Shown piece after piece: positions 46,659 to 59,817 of a stretch of DNA of 64,000 nt (position 1 is its first letter; each line of letters starts with the position of its first letter). Made by a program: the position numbers and the translations under genes. The stretch covers positions 14,012,001-14,076,000 of the forward strand of contig OZ360247.1 of the NCBI GenBank assembly GCA_977017645.1, read 5' to 3'. The DNA comes from Torpedo marmorata (Eukaryota). The notes under the pieces were generated by a model that saw only the letters and a list, made by a program, of their open reading frames with translations, ran no database searches and was not told the origin of the DNA.

Positions 46659-47034
46659 CAGAGTTAATGTTTCAGTCTACAGACCCTCCGACAGAACCAG
46701 GAAAGAGAAAAAACAAGTTACTGTAATTTTAAGATGTATAGGTGGGGGAAAGATGAATAGGACAAAGGGAAAACTGTATCTCTGATAGGATCAGACTGGG
46801 GTTTCCCAGGAGATAAATTATAGAGATATCCAGATAAAGAAGGGTCTGACCCAAAATGTTAACTCTGTTTCTCTTCCCACAGGTGCTGTCTGACCGGTTG
46901 AGAGTTTCTTGAAGTTCTTGTTACTCAGATTAAAATGAAAACACAGAAACTGGAACTGTAGTAATTACTCTACAGTTTAACTTTTAATCAGTTTGGACGA
47001 ACCAACATAACAGGGTATAGAACTTTGTTGTTAC

Positions 47035-47140
47035 CTGAGATATCCCCTGGTGCTCCTCCTGTTCTCCCAATGTTTAACAGGAGATGGTCTATGTTCGGTA
47101 CTGGTTGTAAATCTGTATTACCTCCAAGGTCAACTGGAGC
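47035..47140 (-). CDS. ARHGAP23: ARHGAP23 exon ([35 protein letters not shown])
   Basis: gttttAG acceptor and CAG|gtaaca donor, 106 nt, phase 0/1. Contains the conserved ARHGAP21/23 motif [16 protein letters not shown]. Confidence 0.9.
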
Positions 47141-48547
47141 CTAAAACATCAAAATATATTTCAAAAGCTTATTTTTATCTCAATATTGTTTTCAAAATTG
47201 TTTATTAGTTGCAAATAATTGCACCTATTTTATAAATTATATATACTGCATTCAAATATCTTCACTCACTCCAAACAGTCAAGTTAATGAGATTTCTCTA
47301 TGGGAACAGGGTTACTGATCCCTTGAGTGTTGAACAGTGTTCAGAGGTGCAGTCAGCACTTCATTGATTTACCAAAAGAGCAATTTGTCAATCACCAAAA
47401 TATCCTTAACTATGGAACAGTTACTAATGAATCCCATATGAGAAATTAAATTTAAACACCAATGTTAGATGAATATAGGGGTCAAATTTTTCTTTATCCA
47501 GTCTGCTGTTTGCTCTTGTTGTCAATGCCACTTCTGTGGCCAGACTGACATTTTGTGGTCCCAAAGGTCAAACAGATGCCAGACTTCACTGCCCCGGCAG
47601 GACTGCAGGTACAGTGGTCCACCAGTGACATCGAGCCCATGGATGCTGAGACCCTACTCTCTCAATGTCCTGCTGCTATCAAAGGGCTTTGGATCACTTC
47701 TAATTACATCCATCAGTTCAAAAGAACTTAAATGATTTAAAATAATAATACAATTTCTTAAAAATGGTTGTAATAGAAATGAATTAAAACAATTAAGATG
47801 AAATGGGGAGACGAGAAGGGAAAAAGATTAGTTTTGCATTGTTATACGGTAGACCAACCCAGATGTTTAATGTCCCATATATTGCCTTAAATATTCATTC
47901 TTCATATCTGTACATGATAGCAACAGTTTGTACCATCTACAGTACATAATACATGGATGTCAATCGTCAGGTTAACCTAAAGTCACACCACAAAACCACA
48001 ACTTTCACCACAAGGGCAATCAATGCATGGGAGTGCCTCCATCAGTACGTTCCTTTCCAAATAACCTGCCATCCTGACCTTGAAATAGATCACTATTGCT
48101 TCAACATTATTTGAGTCTAAATCCTGTAACTCCCACCCTCCCCCAACAGCATTGTGGGAATGCATTCACCACAAGGACTGCAGTCTGGTTCACTGTAGTT
48201 CATTACCACCTGCTCAAGGGCAATAAAGACGGACCTTTCCCCTGAAGCCCCAATTCTAAAACAACAGCAGCACAGATACAATGGTCAGAATGATCTTTTC
48301 CTTTCCCTGTGTGTAAGCTATTGATTCTTAACTATCAAGCAATTTCTAATGGGGCACCTACAAATCAGGAATTGTCTATTTTTAATTTGTTCTTTTGGGT
48401 TTTTTTTTTGTTAATTTTACTGAGAGCCTTTTAGTGTTTATGCACAAGAGCTGTTCAGACATTTTCATCAAAATTATACCATTTCCAGTAGCAGTTTCTC
48501 TCTGTTAGCTTAGTTTCTTAGTGTTCCATTTATTGAACAAAAGACAA

Positions 48548-48800
48548 TTAAAAAAAAAATTAGAGATACATGGTAACAGGCCCTTCTGGCCCACAAGCCC
48601 ATGCCACCCAAATACACCCATGTGACCAATTAACCTACCAACCCCATACGTCTTTGGAATGTGGGAGGAAACCAGAGCACCTGGAGGAAATCCACGCAGA
48701 CAGGGAGAGAGTGTACAAACTCCTTACAGACAGTAGCGGATTCGAACCCAGGTCACTGGTGCTGTAATAGCGTTGTGCTAACCGCTACACTAATCATGCC
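48548..48800 (-). mobile_element. V-SINE (HE1-like)
   Basis: Head, core and tail on the minus strand, about 140 nt from the ARHGAP23 exon donor. Confidence 0.85.
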
Positions 48801-48942
48801 ATAATTTTCTTAAAGTACATTCTGTTAGAGGCTTTCTTTTAAGTATCATTTCCTAACGCACTCTTGTAACTTATGCCATAATGCATTTTCTTTAATGTTA
48901 GATTTTGTCTAATATCCTTGAGTTAAATAGAATGGTACTTAC

Positions 48943-48984
48943 TTTCTCATCCATGTCCCGGTCTTCATTGAAAAACCAATCATA
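48943..48984 (-). CDS. ARHGAP23: ARHGAP23 42-nt exon at the end of the RhoGAP domain (YDWFFNEDRDMDEK)
   Basis: ttttgtttttAG acceptor and AAA|gtaagt donor, phase 0/0. The DWFF motif ends the ARHGAP21/23 GAP domain. Upstream exons were not found in the window. Confidence 0.88.
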
Positions 48985-51900
48985 CTAAAAACAAAATGGA
49001 AATTGGTTTGAAAAGTAACTCAAATAACTTGCTAGTACTGGAAAACTTATACAACAGAGAAATTAAAGGGTTTGTGAGCGACATCGTTATCAATAATAGT
49101 TTGAAAGTACTATTAATATGGAAAAATATTCTTTTCTTTTTCAATATTTTTATTGGTTTCATCAAATAAATGTTACATAGGTACATGACAATAAAATAAA
49201 ATATTAACAAATCTAATGTAGTAGTAAAAATGGTATTGAAACCTACGTTACATTGAAAAGAAGTAAAAAAAAACCAAAAAAAAACCACTATACTAATTAT
49301 CTAGTTATCAATCCCCTCCCGTTCGGAGGCTACTGGCTTAACACAAACAGTCCACTACTACTACTAATAATAAAAAAGATGGTAAACAATGGGGTAAAAA
49401 ACCAGAAACTAATTAATATTACAAATTTTGAAAATAATTAAGAAAGGAACCCCATAAAGAAACAAAGTTAAAATTCACTTCAGTAGTGGAACATCTAATT
49501 TTTTCCAAAGTCAAACATGCCATCATATCAGACAACCATTGATTATGAGTGGGAGGGACAGCATCTTTCCATCTCATTAATATGGCCCTTCTAGCGATAA
49601 GGGAGCCGAGGGCAACGACATGGGATTGTAAAGCAGTCAATATCAAACCTGTTGGCCCACTTATTCCAAAGAGAGCAAGAAAAGGATTTGGAGTCAAAGT
49701 AATATTAAGAACTAAAGACAAGGTACGAAATACCCCTTCCCAAAAATTAGAAAGAGAAGGACATAACCAAAACATATGATACAGTGTACCTTTATCACAT
49801 TTAGATGAGAGTTTAGAATAGAATTTAGCCAATTGGTCTTTGGAATAGTGGGCCCGGTGTACTATCTTAAATTGTATTAATGAATGTCTAGCACAAAGAG
49901 AGGATGAATGCACTCGTTTCAAAATAGAGTTCCATGTAATTTCAGAAAATAGCTGTTGAAAATCTTGTTCCCATAGTTTTTTAATTCTGTCCAGGAAACT
50001 ATCCCTAGAATTTAGAAGTAATTCATAAAGGCCAGATACCACCCCTTTATAAATCATCCCTATCATATTAGGCTCCAGGTCTTCAGGGAGCTTCAAAATT
50101 AAAGAATTCAAAAAGCTCCTAACCTGTAAATAATGAAAAAAGTGATGTCTAGGTATTATAAATTTGATGGATAATTGTTCAAAAGAGGCAAGATTTTGGT
50201 CAGTAAAGATATCTAAAAAGGATTGGATACCTAATTTGACCAATGATGATAACCGATATCTTGAACCGAAGGTAAAAAGAAGGAATTACCTAAAATAGGA
50301 CTGATTAATAAGAATCTATGGGTCCCAAAATGTTTCCTAAATTGAAACCAGATTCTCAATGTATGTCTAACAACAAAATTATCAGTTAATTTGGAGGCCA
50401 AAAAAGGTAAAGGTGCTCCAAGTATCAAAAGAAGAGAATGCTTTTTGGTGGATTTAATTTCTAAATTAATCCATCTTGAAGCACCTAGATTTCCCCAGTA
50501 ATATTAGCTGCTCCCGTTCTTTTTAATATTCTGAAGGAAAACTTTTTTAAGACGGAAGTGCTTATTTTTCCATATAAAAGAAGATATGATAGAATTCAAT
50601 GAAGTGGAGACTCCAGCTGGTGGCCGATGGAGTAACACGTTTGTAGTGTTGCTCTTGAACATCTAACCTTTTTCCCACTATGTAACAGCTATTTTAATCT
50701 GTAAAAGCTGTTCTTTCTGGGAATTTCTTTTAATTTCCCTCTAAATGGCAGAGTTAAGAAGTGGAAGGACCGTTCCTGAACAGATACATGGGAAAAATCG
50801 AAGAAAAGGTTCTAAATCAGAAGCTTCACAATCTGTTGAAGAAATTCTCATAAGATTGGAAGCTAAAATTGATAATTTGAACTTATGTTATGAGGCACTG
50901 GATCAGAAAATTACAAAGTTTCAAGGGCGTTTTGATGATTTAGAAAAACAATATAACAAGCTTTCAACAGACTATCAAGATCGTATTGACTTTGGAAAAA
51001 AGAGTTGATGCCTTTAAAGAACATTTTCGAGAAACTGCAGCTGATTTGCAAAAATATAAGCATAAAGCTATCGATCTAGATAGCAGAAACTGGTGACAGA
51101 ATTTACGCACTTTGGACTTCCTGAAGATATTGAAGTTCTAACTCGATTAAATTTTTCATAGACATGCTGTTTGAGTTGTTTAAAGAAGTGCTGAGTAAAC
51201 CTCCAATTTTGGATCAGGCACATCGTGCTCTGAGGTCAAATCCTCCACCCGAAGTTAAACCTCAACCTGTTATTCTCTGCCTTCATTATTTTCAAACAAA
51301 GGAAGCTATAATCAGAGAGGCTCATAGACGAGGTATGCTGAAATTTTGTGATATCTCTATTCGTATTGTGGAAGATTACTGCCCTGAAGTCTTGGCAGAG
51401 AGAATGAAATTTAAAGAAGTCATGACTGAACTCTATCAAAAACTACTTTGCCCTTCTCTTCATTTCCCTGCACGCCTGAAGATTTTCCCTAAGAATGGTC
51501 CCCCCAAATGGTTTACTACTACAGATCAAGCTTGGAAAAATCTGGAAGATAGTACATCCACTCCGTAGCAATCTACATGAACTGTTTCCTGGCTATGAGT
51601 TGTCATGGCTGAAGATATTTTTGGATTCACTCCTTTCTTTCTGTTTTCTCTCTTTCCATATTCTTTTGCTTAAATAAAAAGTAATAGGGGATTTCTCCCT
51701 TTTTTTATATATATAGTTTAACTTTACAGATTGTTACCTTTGGTTATTTTTCTTATTAATTAATTAACGGTCGATATTTTACTGGGTTTGTAAAATGGCG
51801 ATCTTTTTTTTTTCAGCCTTGTAATTTCTAGACAGTTAAACTTGTTTGATGGCTTGCTACGCAGAACTCAGTTTGTTTTGTCTATAATGTGTGGGAACGA

Positions 51901-52273
51901 ACATAACTTTGTAATTCTTATTTGGAGCGCTCCCAGCTGGAGATAGGGGTTAAGGGATGAGTAGCTTTAGCTTGCTGCCCTCTTATTGGGTAGATTTCAG
52001 GCTTTGTGGGGTGGGGGTGGGGTTAGTTAGTATAAGTTTTTTTTTCCTGAGCAGCTTTGAGTGCTTGTGGAATTTATCACTTGTTCCTTTGTTATGGTTC
52101 ATGCTGTGCTCTATCACCCTCTTTAGAATGTGCTTGTACATGCGCGACAAGCTTTCCTTTTTAATTTTATTAATCTTAATATTAATATGGCTATAAATAC
52201 ATTTAATTTTATTTCTTGGAATTTGAACGGCCTTAACCATCCTATTAAACGCAAAAAGGTATTTAATATGATT

Positions 52274-54504
52274 TTTTTTTTAATTTAAAAAAAATATTTT
52301 ATTTAAAATTTTAAATCACAAAATACATAAAATAAAATATAAAATTATCAAAATACATGTGATACATTTTCACCCCCCCCTCCCTCCCTCCCCTCCCTAA
52401 CCCTCCCACACCCCTGACTCACACCGGCTCACCGACGAGGTGCAGTCGAGTCGCACAGTACACTGTACGGCCCAGTCGACAACCACGCCGAAAGCACGGG
52501 GAGCCCATACTAATCTACTAAAATAAATAAAAATAAAAAAAATTTTAAAAAAGAAAGAAAAAGATAGAGTAAGGAGAATGTCAATCTGAAAAGAACATCT
52601 ATAAACTGATTTTATTGTGGAGGATAGGTTCGCCAGTCAGATCCGATGTCTAGAGATCTTCAAATCCTTAAACCAACAGTTTTTATATATGGGCTCCATA
52701 TTTTCAAAAATAAATGATATTTATTACGTAAATTATAAGTAATTTTTTCAAGTGGTATACATGAACGAAGTTCTGCATGCCATCTCTCTACCCTAAATCT
52801 ACATCAGATTTCCATGTAATAGCAATGCATTTCTTAGAAACAGCTAAAGCAATTCGCAAAAATTCTATTTGATACATATTTAATTTCATCTTAATACTAA
52901 TTCTTTTAATATCTCCAAACAAAAATATCATAGGGTCCAATGGAAGTGTAATACTCAATACTTTATCTAAAAAGTTTTTAACTTTCAACCAAAAATCATA
53001 TATCTTTGGACAAAACCATGTCGAGTGTACAAAAGAACCTTCCTCTCTATTACATCTAAAACATAAACCTGATAATGTCGAATTAAATTTCTTTAATTTT
53101 TTAGGCGTAAAATATAATTGATGAAAAAAATTATATTGAACTAATCTATATCTAACGTTAATAATCTTCGTCATACTTAATTTACATAATTCTTTCCAAT
53201 GTTCTTCATCTATTGTTACATTCAAATCTGATTCCCATTTTAATCTTGATTTATGAATTCCTACTTTAGGGATTTTTCTCTGAAACAATCTATACATTTG
53301 AGAAATAAATTTATTTACACCTCCATTAGTAACTAATAATTCTAGTTCACTCTGTCTTGGTAGAGTCAAACTATAACCCAACTTCCCAACTAAAAATGCT
53401 CTAATTTGATAAGAAGCAAAAAGTGTATTATTCAATACATCAAACTTATCTTTCATTCTTTGAAAAGTAATAAATTTACTAGCTTCAAAACAATAATTTA
53501 TTTTTTTAATTCCCTTTTGGAACCAAATTTTAAATCAACAATAAATGGAATAAGTTTATTTTGATATAAAGGTATTTTTCAAGAAATCGACCCTTTCCCT
53601 CCTATCTCACTATCCACTCTATTCCATATTTCTAAAAAATGTTTAAAAATAGGAGAATTCTTCCCTCTTGTTAATAATAATTTAGAATTCCATTTATAAA
53701 TAACTTCTTCTTTCAAATCTTCTCCTATATTATTTAATTCTATTCTAATCCAAGCAGAAGATTTACCTAAATCAAACATTTCATTAACAAATTTTAATTG
53801 AGCTGCTTTATAGTAATTTTGAAAATTAGGAAGTTGTAAACCACCCATTTCATAATTCCAAGTTAATTTCTCCATATTTACTCTAGCCAACTTTCCTTTC
53901 CACAAAAATTTCCTAATAATTAAATTTAAATCCTTAAAGAATTTCAAAGGAATTTCGTAAGGAATTGATTGGAAAAGATATTGAACTCTTGGAAAGACAT
54001 TCATTTTAATACAGTTTACCCTTCCTATTAAAATTATAGGTAAATCCTTCCAACTTTCTAAATCTTTTTTAATTTTCGTAAATAATGGTAGATAATTTAA
54101 TTTATATAAATTAGCTAATTTTGTATCAATCTTTATTCCCAGATATTTAATTCCTTCCTTTGACCATTTAAATTGAGTAATTTCTTTACATTTACTATAA
54201 TCCCCTTGTGTTAATGCCATAATTTCACTTTTATCAGAATTAATCTTATAACCAGATATTTCCCCATATTCTTTCAATAAAACATTCAATTGTAATAAAG
54301 AAGTAATAGGGTTTTTCATGTAAATCAATACATCATCTGCAAATAAACTAATTTTATGTTCTTCTCTTCCAACTTTAATACCTACAATCTTAATATCTTG
54401 TCTAATTAATTCTGCCAAAGGTTCTATTGCTAAAATAAACAATGCTGGCGACAAGGGACATCCCTGTCTAGTTGACCTAGTCAAAGAAAATTTTGAAGAA
54501 ATTT
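52274..54504 (-). mobile_element. L1 element D (5'-truncated, second family), nested in B's endonuclease
   Basis: RT (RQGCPLSP, FADD) and C-terminus (CFRC..HSTWFCP), G-rich 3'UTR, poly(A). 16-bp TSD GGTATTTAATATGATT (52258-73 / 54505-20). Confidence 0.92.
52415..52509 (-). other. 95-nt CpG-rich hairpin-forming insert, probable 28S rRNA D2 fragment
   Basis: Absent from the related L1 C 3'UTR. 10 CpG in 95 nt. Similar to recalled vertebrate 28S D2 sequence (GGCGCGGCTGTCGACCGGGGCGGACTGTCCTCAGTGCGCCCCGACCGC). Confidence 0.55.
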
Positions 54505-56706
54505 GGTATTTAATATGATTAAAAGGTTTCAGGCCAATATTATCTTTGCGCAGGAGATGCACATTCGTAAGAAGGACGAATTTCGTTTTTTAAAATTTTG
54601 GAAGGGTTTACAATTCCACTCCCTTTCTCAAGCTAAAGTTAGAGGTGTCTCGATTTTTATTGATTCCACGGTTCCATTTGTATATTTTAATACAATATCT
54701 GATGTAACAGGAATATTTTTAATAGTTACTGGTTCATTGGGAAATAAGAAGGTAGTAATGGTTAATATATATGCTCCTAATATCGACTGTCCCGAATTTT
54801 TTCAAAAGGTTTTTAATTCCCAACCTAATTTGAATGATTATGGGTGGAGATTTTACTTCCGCCATTCAGATGCTTCCAAATAAATCAGCTAGTTATATTA
54901 ACGCTTTCCTGCTGGACTATGGTTTAGTCGATATATGGAGATTTTTACACCCGAAGGAAAAGGAATTTTCTTTCTTTTCTCATGTATACCATAAGTACTC
55001 TAGAATAGATTATTTTTTTATTGATACACGATTGGTGCCTTCGATATGGAAATGTGAATACGACACAATCGCTGTTTCTGATCATGCACCTTTAAAGCTT
55101 TCTGTTGAAATCTCCGGTGTTACTTCCGGAGTTCAACAATGGCTGTTCAATTCTACTCTGCTTCAGGATGAGAAATTCATTAGCTTCATTAAAGATCAGA
55201 TTTCTTTCTTTTCTCAGACAAATTCCACTGAAGGAATGTTCAATCTGGTAATTTGGGATGCACTTAAAGCATTTCTATGAGGACAAATAATTTCTTATTC
55301 TGCTGGATTTAGTAAACATACCAAAAGTGAACTGACATTACTTGCTAATAGAATGAACGAGATTGACAGATTATATTCTATGACACCTAGTATGGACCTT
55401 TATAAAGAAAGAGTAGAATTTCAAACTCAGCATGACTTATTATTAACTTACCCCATCGAGAATCAACTACTTAAACTTAAATCTTAATTTTATGTACATG
55501 GAGAGAAATCAGGTAAGCTGTTAGCTGGTCAGCTGAAGGTAGCTGCAGCTAAAAGACAAATTACAAACATAAGTAAGAAGGATGGAAACTTTACTTTTGA
55601 TCATGCTGAAATTAATAAAGTGTTTCAGGAATTTTATTCAGATCTATACAAATCTGAATTTCCTGATAATTCTATTTTAATGGATACATTTTTGCAACGG
55701 TTGAATATTCCTAAAATATCATCAGAAGATCAAAACTTGTTGGAAGCTCCAATTTCAGAGTCGGAAGTTTCCCAAGCTATATCTTCTCTCCAATCTGGCA
55801 AGGCCTCAGGTCCGGATGGCTTTACGGTGGAATTTTAAAAATCATTTACTAATTTACTTACTCCTCAACTATGTAAAGTATTTGAAAATTCAGTTTCTTC
55901 TGGGACCTTACCGGCAACCTTTTATGAAGCATCAATTTCATTGATTCCTAAAAAAGATAAAGATCTAACTGAATGTACTTCCTATAGGCCAATTTCTTTG
56001 TTGAATGTAGATTTTAAGGTTCTTTCTAAGATTCTAGCCAGCAAGTTTGAAATTATTCTTCGTTCTGTTATATCTAAAGATCAGACTGGATTTATTAAAA
56101 ATTGATATTCACATTTTAACATCCGCAGATTAATGAACATTATTTATTCCCCTTCGGACACAATTCCAGAATGTGTAGTTTCTCTAGATGCTGAAAAGGC
56201 TTTTGACAGAGTGGAGTGGAACTATTTATTTGAAACATTAAGGAGATTTAATTTTGGTATGGGCTTTATATCATGGATTAAATTGATCTATAGTACCCAC
56301 TGAGATATGGTAGTTACTAATAATAACAAATCCTCTTCATTTAGGTTGCTTAGGGGAACTAGACAGGGATGTCCCCTTAGCCCCTTGCTATTTGATCTAG
56401 CTTTAGAACCTCCGGCAATAGCCCTTAGAGACACTCATGAGGTTCAAGGGATTGTCAGAGACGGAGTAACTCATAAGGTTTCTTTGCATGCAGATGACTT
56501 ATTAGTTTATATTTCAGATCCCGAAAGATCTATCCCAGTTATGTTATCTGTGTTTTCTCAGTTCAGATCTTTCTCTGGATATAAATTAAACCTTCATAAA
56601 AGTGAATTTTTTCCGATTAATATGCAGGTCCCTATCTACACTCACGTTCCATTTAAAATTGCTTGAGATAATTTCACATACTTGGGGGTTAAAATTACTA
56701 AAAGAT

Positions 56707-57071
56707 AACATTAAAACCAAACAGGTTATTTTTTATAAAATTTGGCATCCTTATTTAGATTATTTGGGGTCAGGATAAATTAAATTAAAGAAGATTTGCT
56801 ATTAATTTGCTTTGGGTTCCTTCACGTGATAAGCCCTGTTGCTGGGAAGCCTTAGAGTTTTTCATTCTTTTATATATTTGAAATTAGTAATTATATAAAC
56901 ATTGTCGACCATTTGTTTTGTTTAGTTTTTTTTTCCTTGGGGGGGAGGTTTGGGGTAATTGTTTTTTTTATTATATATGTTACTTTTATTGTATTACTAT
57001 ATAATGTGATAACTGCTTTTGAAGTATTTTGTTTTATTGTTTGTTAAAAATGAAAATAAAATATTTTAAAA
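56707..57071 (+). mobile_element. L1 element E (short 3' fragment), nested in B's RT region
   Basis: C-terminal ..FYKIWHPYLDYLG, 3'UTR and A-tail. TSD AAAATTA(CTA/ATG)AAAGAT (56691-706 / 57072-87). B's frame YLGVKITKR|FKDLF resumes after it. Confidence 0.8.
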
Positions 57072-59077
57072 AAAATTAATGAAAGATTTAAAGATTTATT
57101 TAAACTCAATTTTTCTCCTCTATTCGAGTATGTGAGATTGTCTTTTTCTAGATGGTCTCCTTTATCATTATCTTTAATAGGTCGTATTAATGCAGTTAAA
57201 ATGATAATATTACCTAAGTTTTTATACTTATTTCAAGCGATTTCAGTTTTCATCCCGAAATCTTTTTTTAATAATATTGACTCAAAAGTTTCTTCCTTTA
57301 TTTGGAAGAACAAAAACCCTAGCATTAGTAAATTTCATTTACAAAAATTGAAAAAAGATTGAGGTATGGCCTTACCTAATTTTAGATTTTATTATTGTGC
57401 TGTTAATATTCGCTAACTTTTTGGATTTTGGATTTTTTATTCTGATAAATTGGATCGTCCATTATGGACAGATTTAGAATTGAAATCTATACAGCAGTAT
57501 TCAGTGGCCTCTTTATTAGGTGCCTCTCTTCCATTTAGCTTTTACAAGATCAATAGGAATATATCTAATCCAATACTCAAACATATATTGCGAATATGGT
57601 TCCAATTTAGGAAATTTTTTTATTCAAAAAACTTTGTCTTATCTTGTGCTATCTCTCATAATTTTTTTTTTTGACCATCAATAATTGATCAATCTTTCTC
57701 TATATGGAAAATCAAAGGTATTGTTTCTTTTGCAAATTTATTTAAGGAAGGTTGCTTAATGTCTTTTGAACAACTTGCAAGTAAATATGACTTACCAAAT
57801 ACTCATTTTTTTTAGATATTTACAGATTAGAAATTTCTTAAATACCATGTTACTGGATTTTCCATTTGTATATCCACCAGATTTAGTTGATCATATTTTT
57901 CAATTGAATCCTTCTCAGAAAGGATTAATTGGAATTATATATGATAGATTATTAAAATTACGTCCAGTACTTCATGATAAGATTAAAAAGTCTTGGGAAC
58001 TGGAACTTGCAAGACCCTTATCTGAGGATCTATGGGACAAGATTTTTAAATTGGTAAATACATCTTCTATATGTGCCCGACATTCATTAATCCAATTCAA
58101 AGTGGTGCATCGTGTTCACATGTCCAAAGATAAATTGGCTAGAATTTTTTCTAATATTACCCCTATTTATGACAGATGCAAATCTGAAATTGCTACATTG
58201 ACACATATGTTTTGGTCTTGTTCATCCTTAGAAAACTATTGGAAAGAATTTTTTAATATCTTTGCAACTATACTCCAGGTGGAACTATGACCTAATCCAA
58301 TAACTGCTCTTTTCGGGGTTATTGACCCAGACATAGGGAGTTTTTCTGTACCTGTTCAATGGGTTGTGGCTTTCTCTACATTGTTGGCTAGAAGAGCCAT
58401 CCTATTCAAATGGAAAGACTCTAGACCTCCAACAGTGTTTCAATGGTTTTCTTATATTATGTCTTGTTTAAGCTTGGAAAAAATTAGATATCATGCATTT
58501 GATTCATTGGTGAAATTTGAAGTTACATGGCGCCCTTTTATGTCTCATTTTTAATTCATATGATGTAAATGTTTCTAATGTGATTAGATGTATTTACTCT
58601 TCCAGATGAGATATAGTCTTACCTTTGTTTTTTGATTTACGGTAGGAACCAAAAACTATAAAATATATGTAACCCTCAGGATAAGCTGCTCGGCTGTTTT
58701 TTGTTTTGATAGTTGTTTCTTTTTTTTTGTTAGAGTAGGTTAGGTGGGGTGTTTTTTTATATAATACTTTTGATAGTTTTTTTTTCATTTTCACCCATTG
58801 CAGTGGAGGGGGGACCAAGTTTATACTGTTTGAAGTTTTATCTTAATATATATACATATGTGATATTGTATTTTCAGTTTCGTTCCCTTTTCTTCATTGT
58901 ATTGTATTTCTTATAAAAACCAATAAAAAAGATTGAAAAAGAAAGAATCCAATGAATCAAAAAAGGATTTGGGATCAAAAACAGGTACAGCTTGAAAAAT
59001 ATATAAAAATTTAGGAAGGATATTCATCTTGAAAACATTGACGCGTCCAATTAATGTCATCGAAAGAGGGGACCACT

Positions 59078-59817
59078 AAATTGAAGAAATTTAATCCAGC
59101 GTTATCAGATATGTGTTTTAGATGTAAAACTGAAATAGGATCTTTTGTACATTGTACATGGTCATGTTCAAAAATTCAAGATTTTTGGTTGAAAGTTAAG
59201 AATTTTTTAGAAAGAATTTTTAGTGTTGAAATTACAATGGACCCTATGTTATTTTTATTTGGAGATATTAAAAACTTTAGTATTAGACATAAATTGAATA
59301 TGTATCAAGTAGAATTTTTACGTATAGTATTAGCAGTTTCGAAAAAATGTATAGCTATTACTTGGAAATCGGATGTTGATTTAAATCTAGAACGATGGCA
59401 TGCAGAGTTACGGTCATGTATACCATTGGAAAAAATTACTTATAATTTACGAAATAAATATCATTCTTTTTTGAAAATTTGGGGCCCATATACGAGGATT
59501 ATGGGTTTAACATTGTGAACTCTCTGGATATTAGACCTACCGGCGAAATAACCTCTAAGATATACTAGTTTTTTAAGTTTATTGACTCCTCGCTCTATCT
59601 TTCTATCTCTTTTTTTTTCTTTTTTTCTTTTACTATTATTATTTTATTATATCTTAATTAGATTAGGGGGTATAGGGGTTAGGGAGGGGAGGGTGGGACG
59701 AGGGGGGGAGAAAATGTAATCGCATGTATTTTTTAAAAATTATATGCAAATTATTTTATGTAATGTGTGATTTAAAAACTTAAATAAAATATTTAAAAAA
59801 ATAAATAAAAAAAAAAA
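59078..59817 (+). mobile_element. L1 element C (3' fragment, same family as D), nested in A
   Basis: C-terminus highly similar to D's, poly(A), and 16-bp TSD GAAAGAGGGGACCACT (59062-77 / 59818-33). Confidence 0.92.

Larger units (their letters stand above)
50604..58943 (+). mobile_element. L1 element B, apparently full-length (5'UTR, ORF1 50745-51568, spacer, ORF2 52187-58554, A-rich tail), decayed
   Basis: ORF1 coiled-coil plus RRM/CTD-like sequence (AHRALR, FPARLKI). ORF2 starts MAINTFNFISWNLNGLNHPIKRKK. TSD AGAAT(T/C)CAATGAA (50591-603 / 58944-56). Confidence 0.92.

Noticed and set aside
52425-52500. Plus-strand CCGACGAG...CGAAA resembling a hammerhead core
   Set aside because: The core deviates (CCGA) and I found no convincing stems I/III. 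The rRNA-like hairpin on the minus strand explains it better.
53579-54883. Overlapping ORF starts (53579-54562 minus; 54503-54883 plus) as novel genes
   Set aside because: They are chimeric translations across the L1 D/B junction and its TSD.
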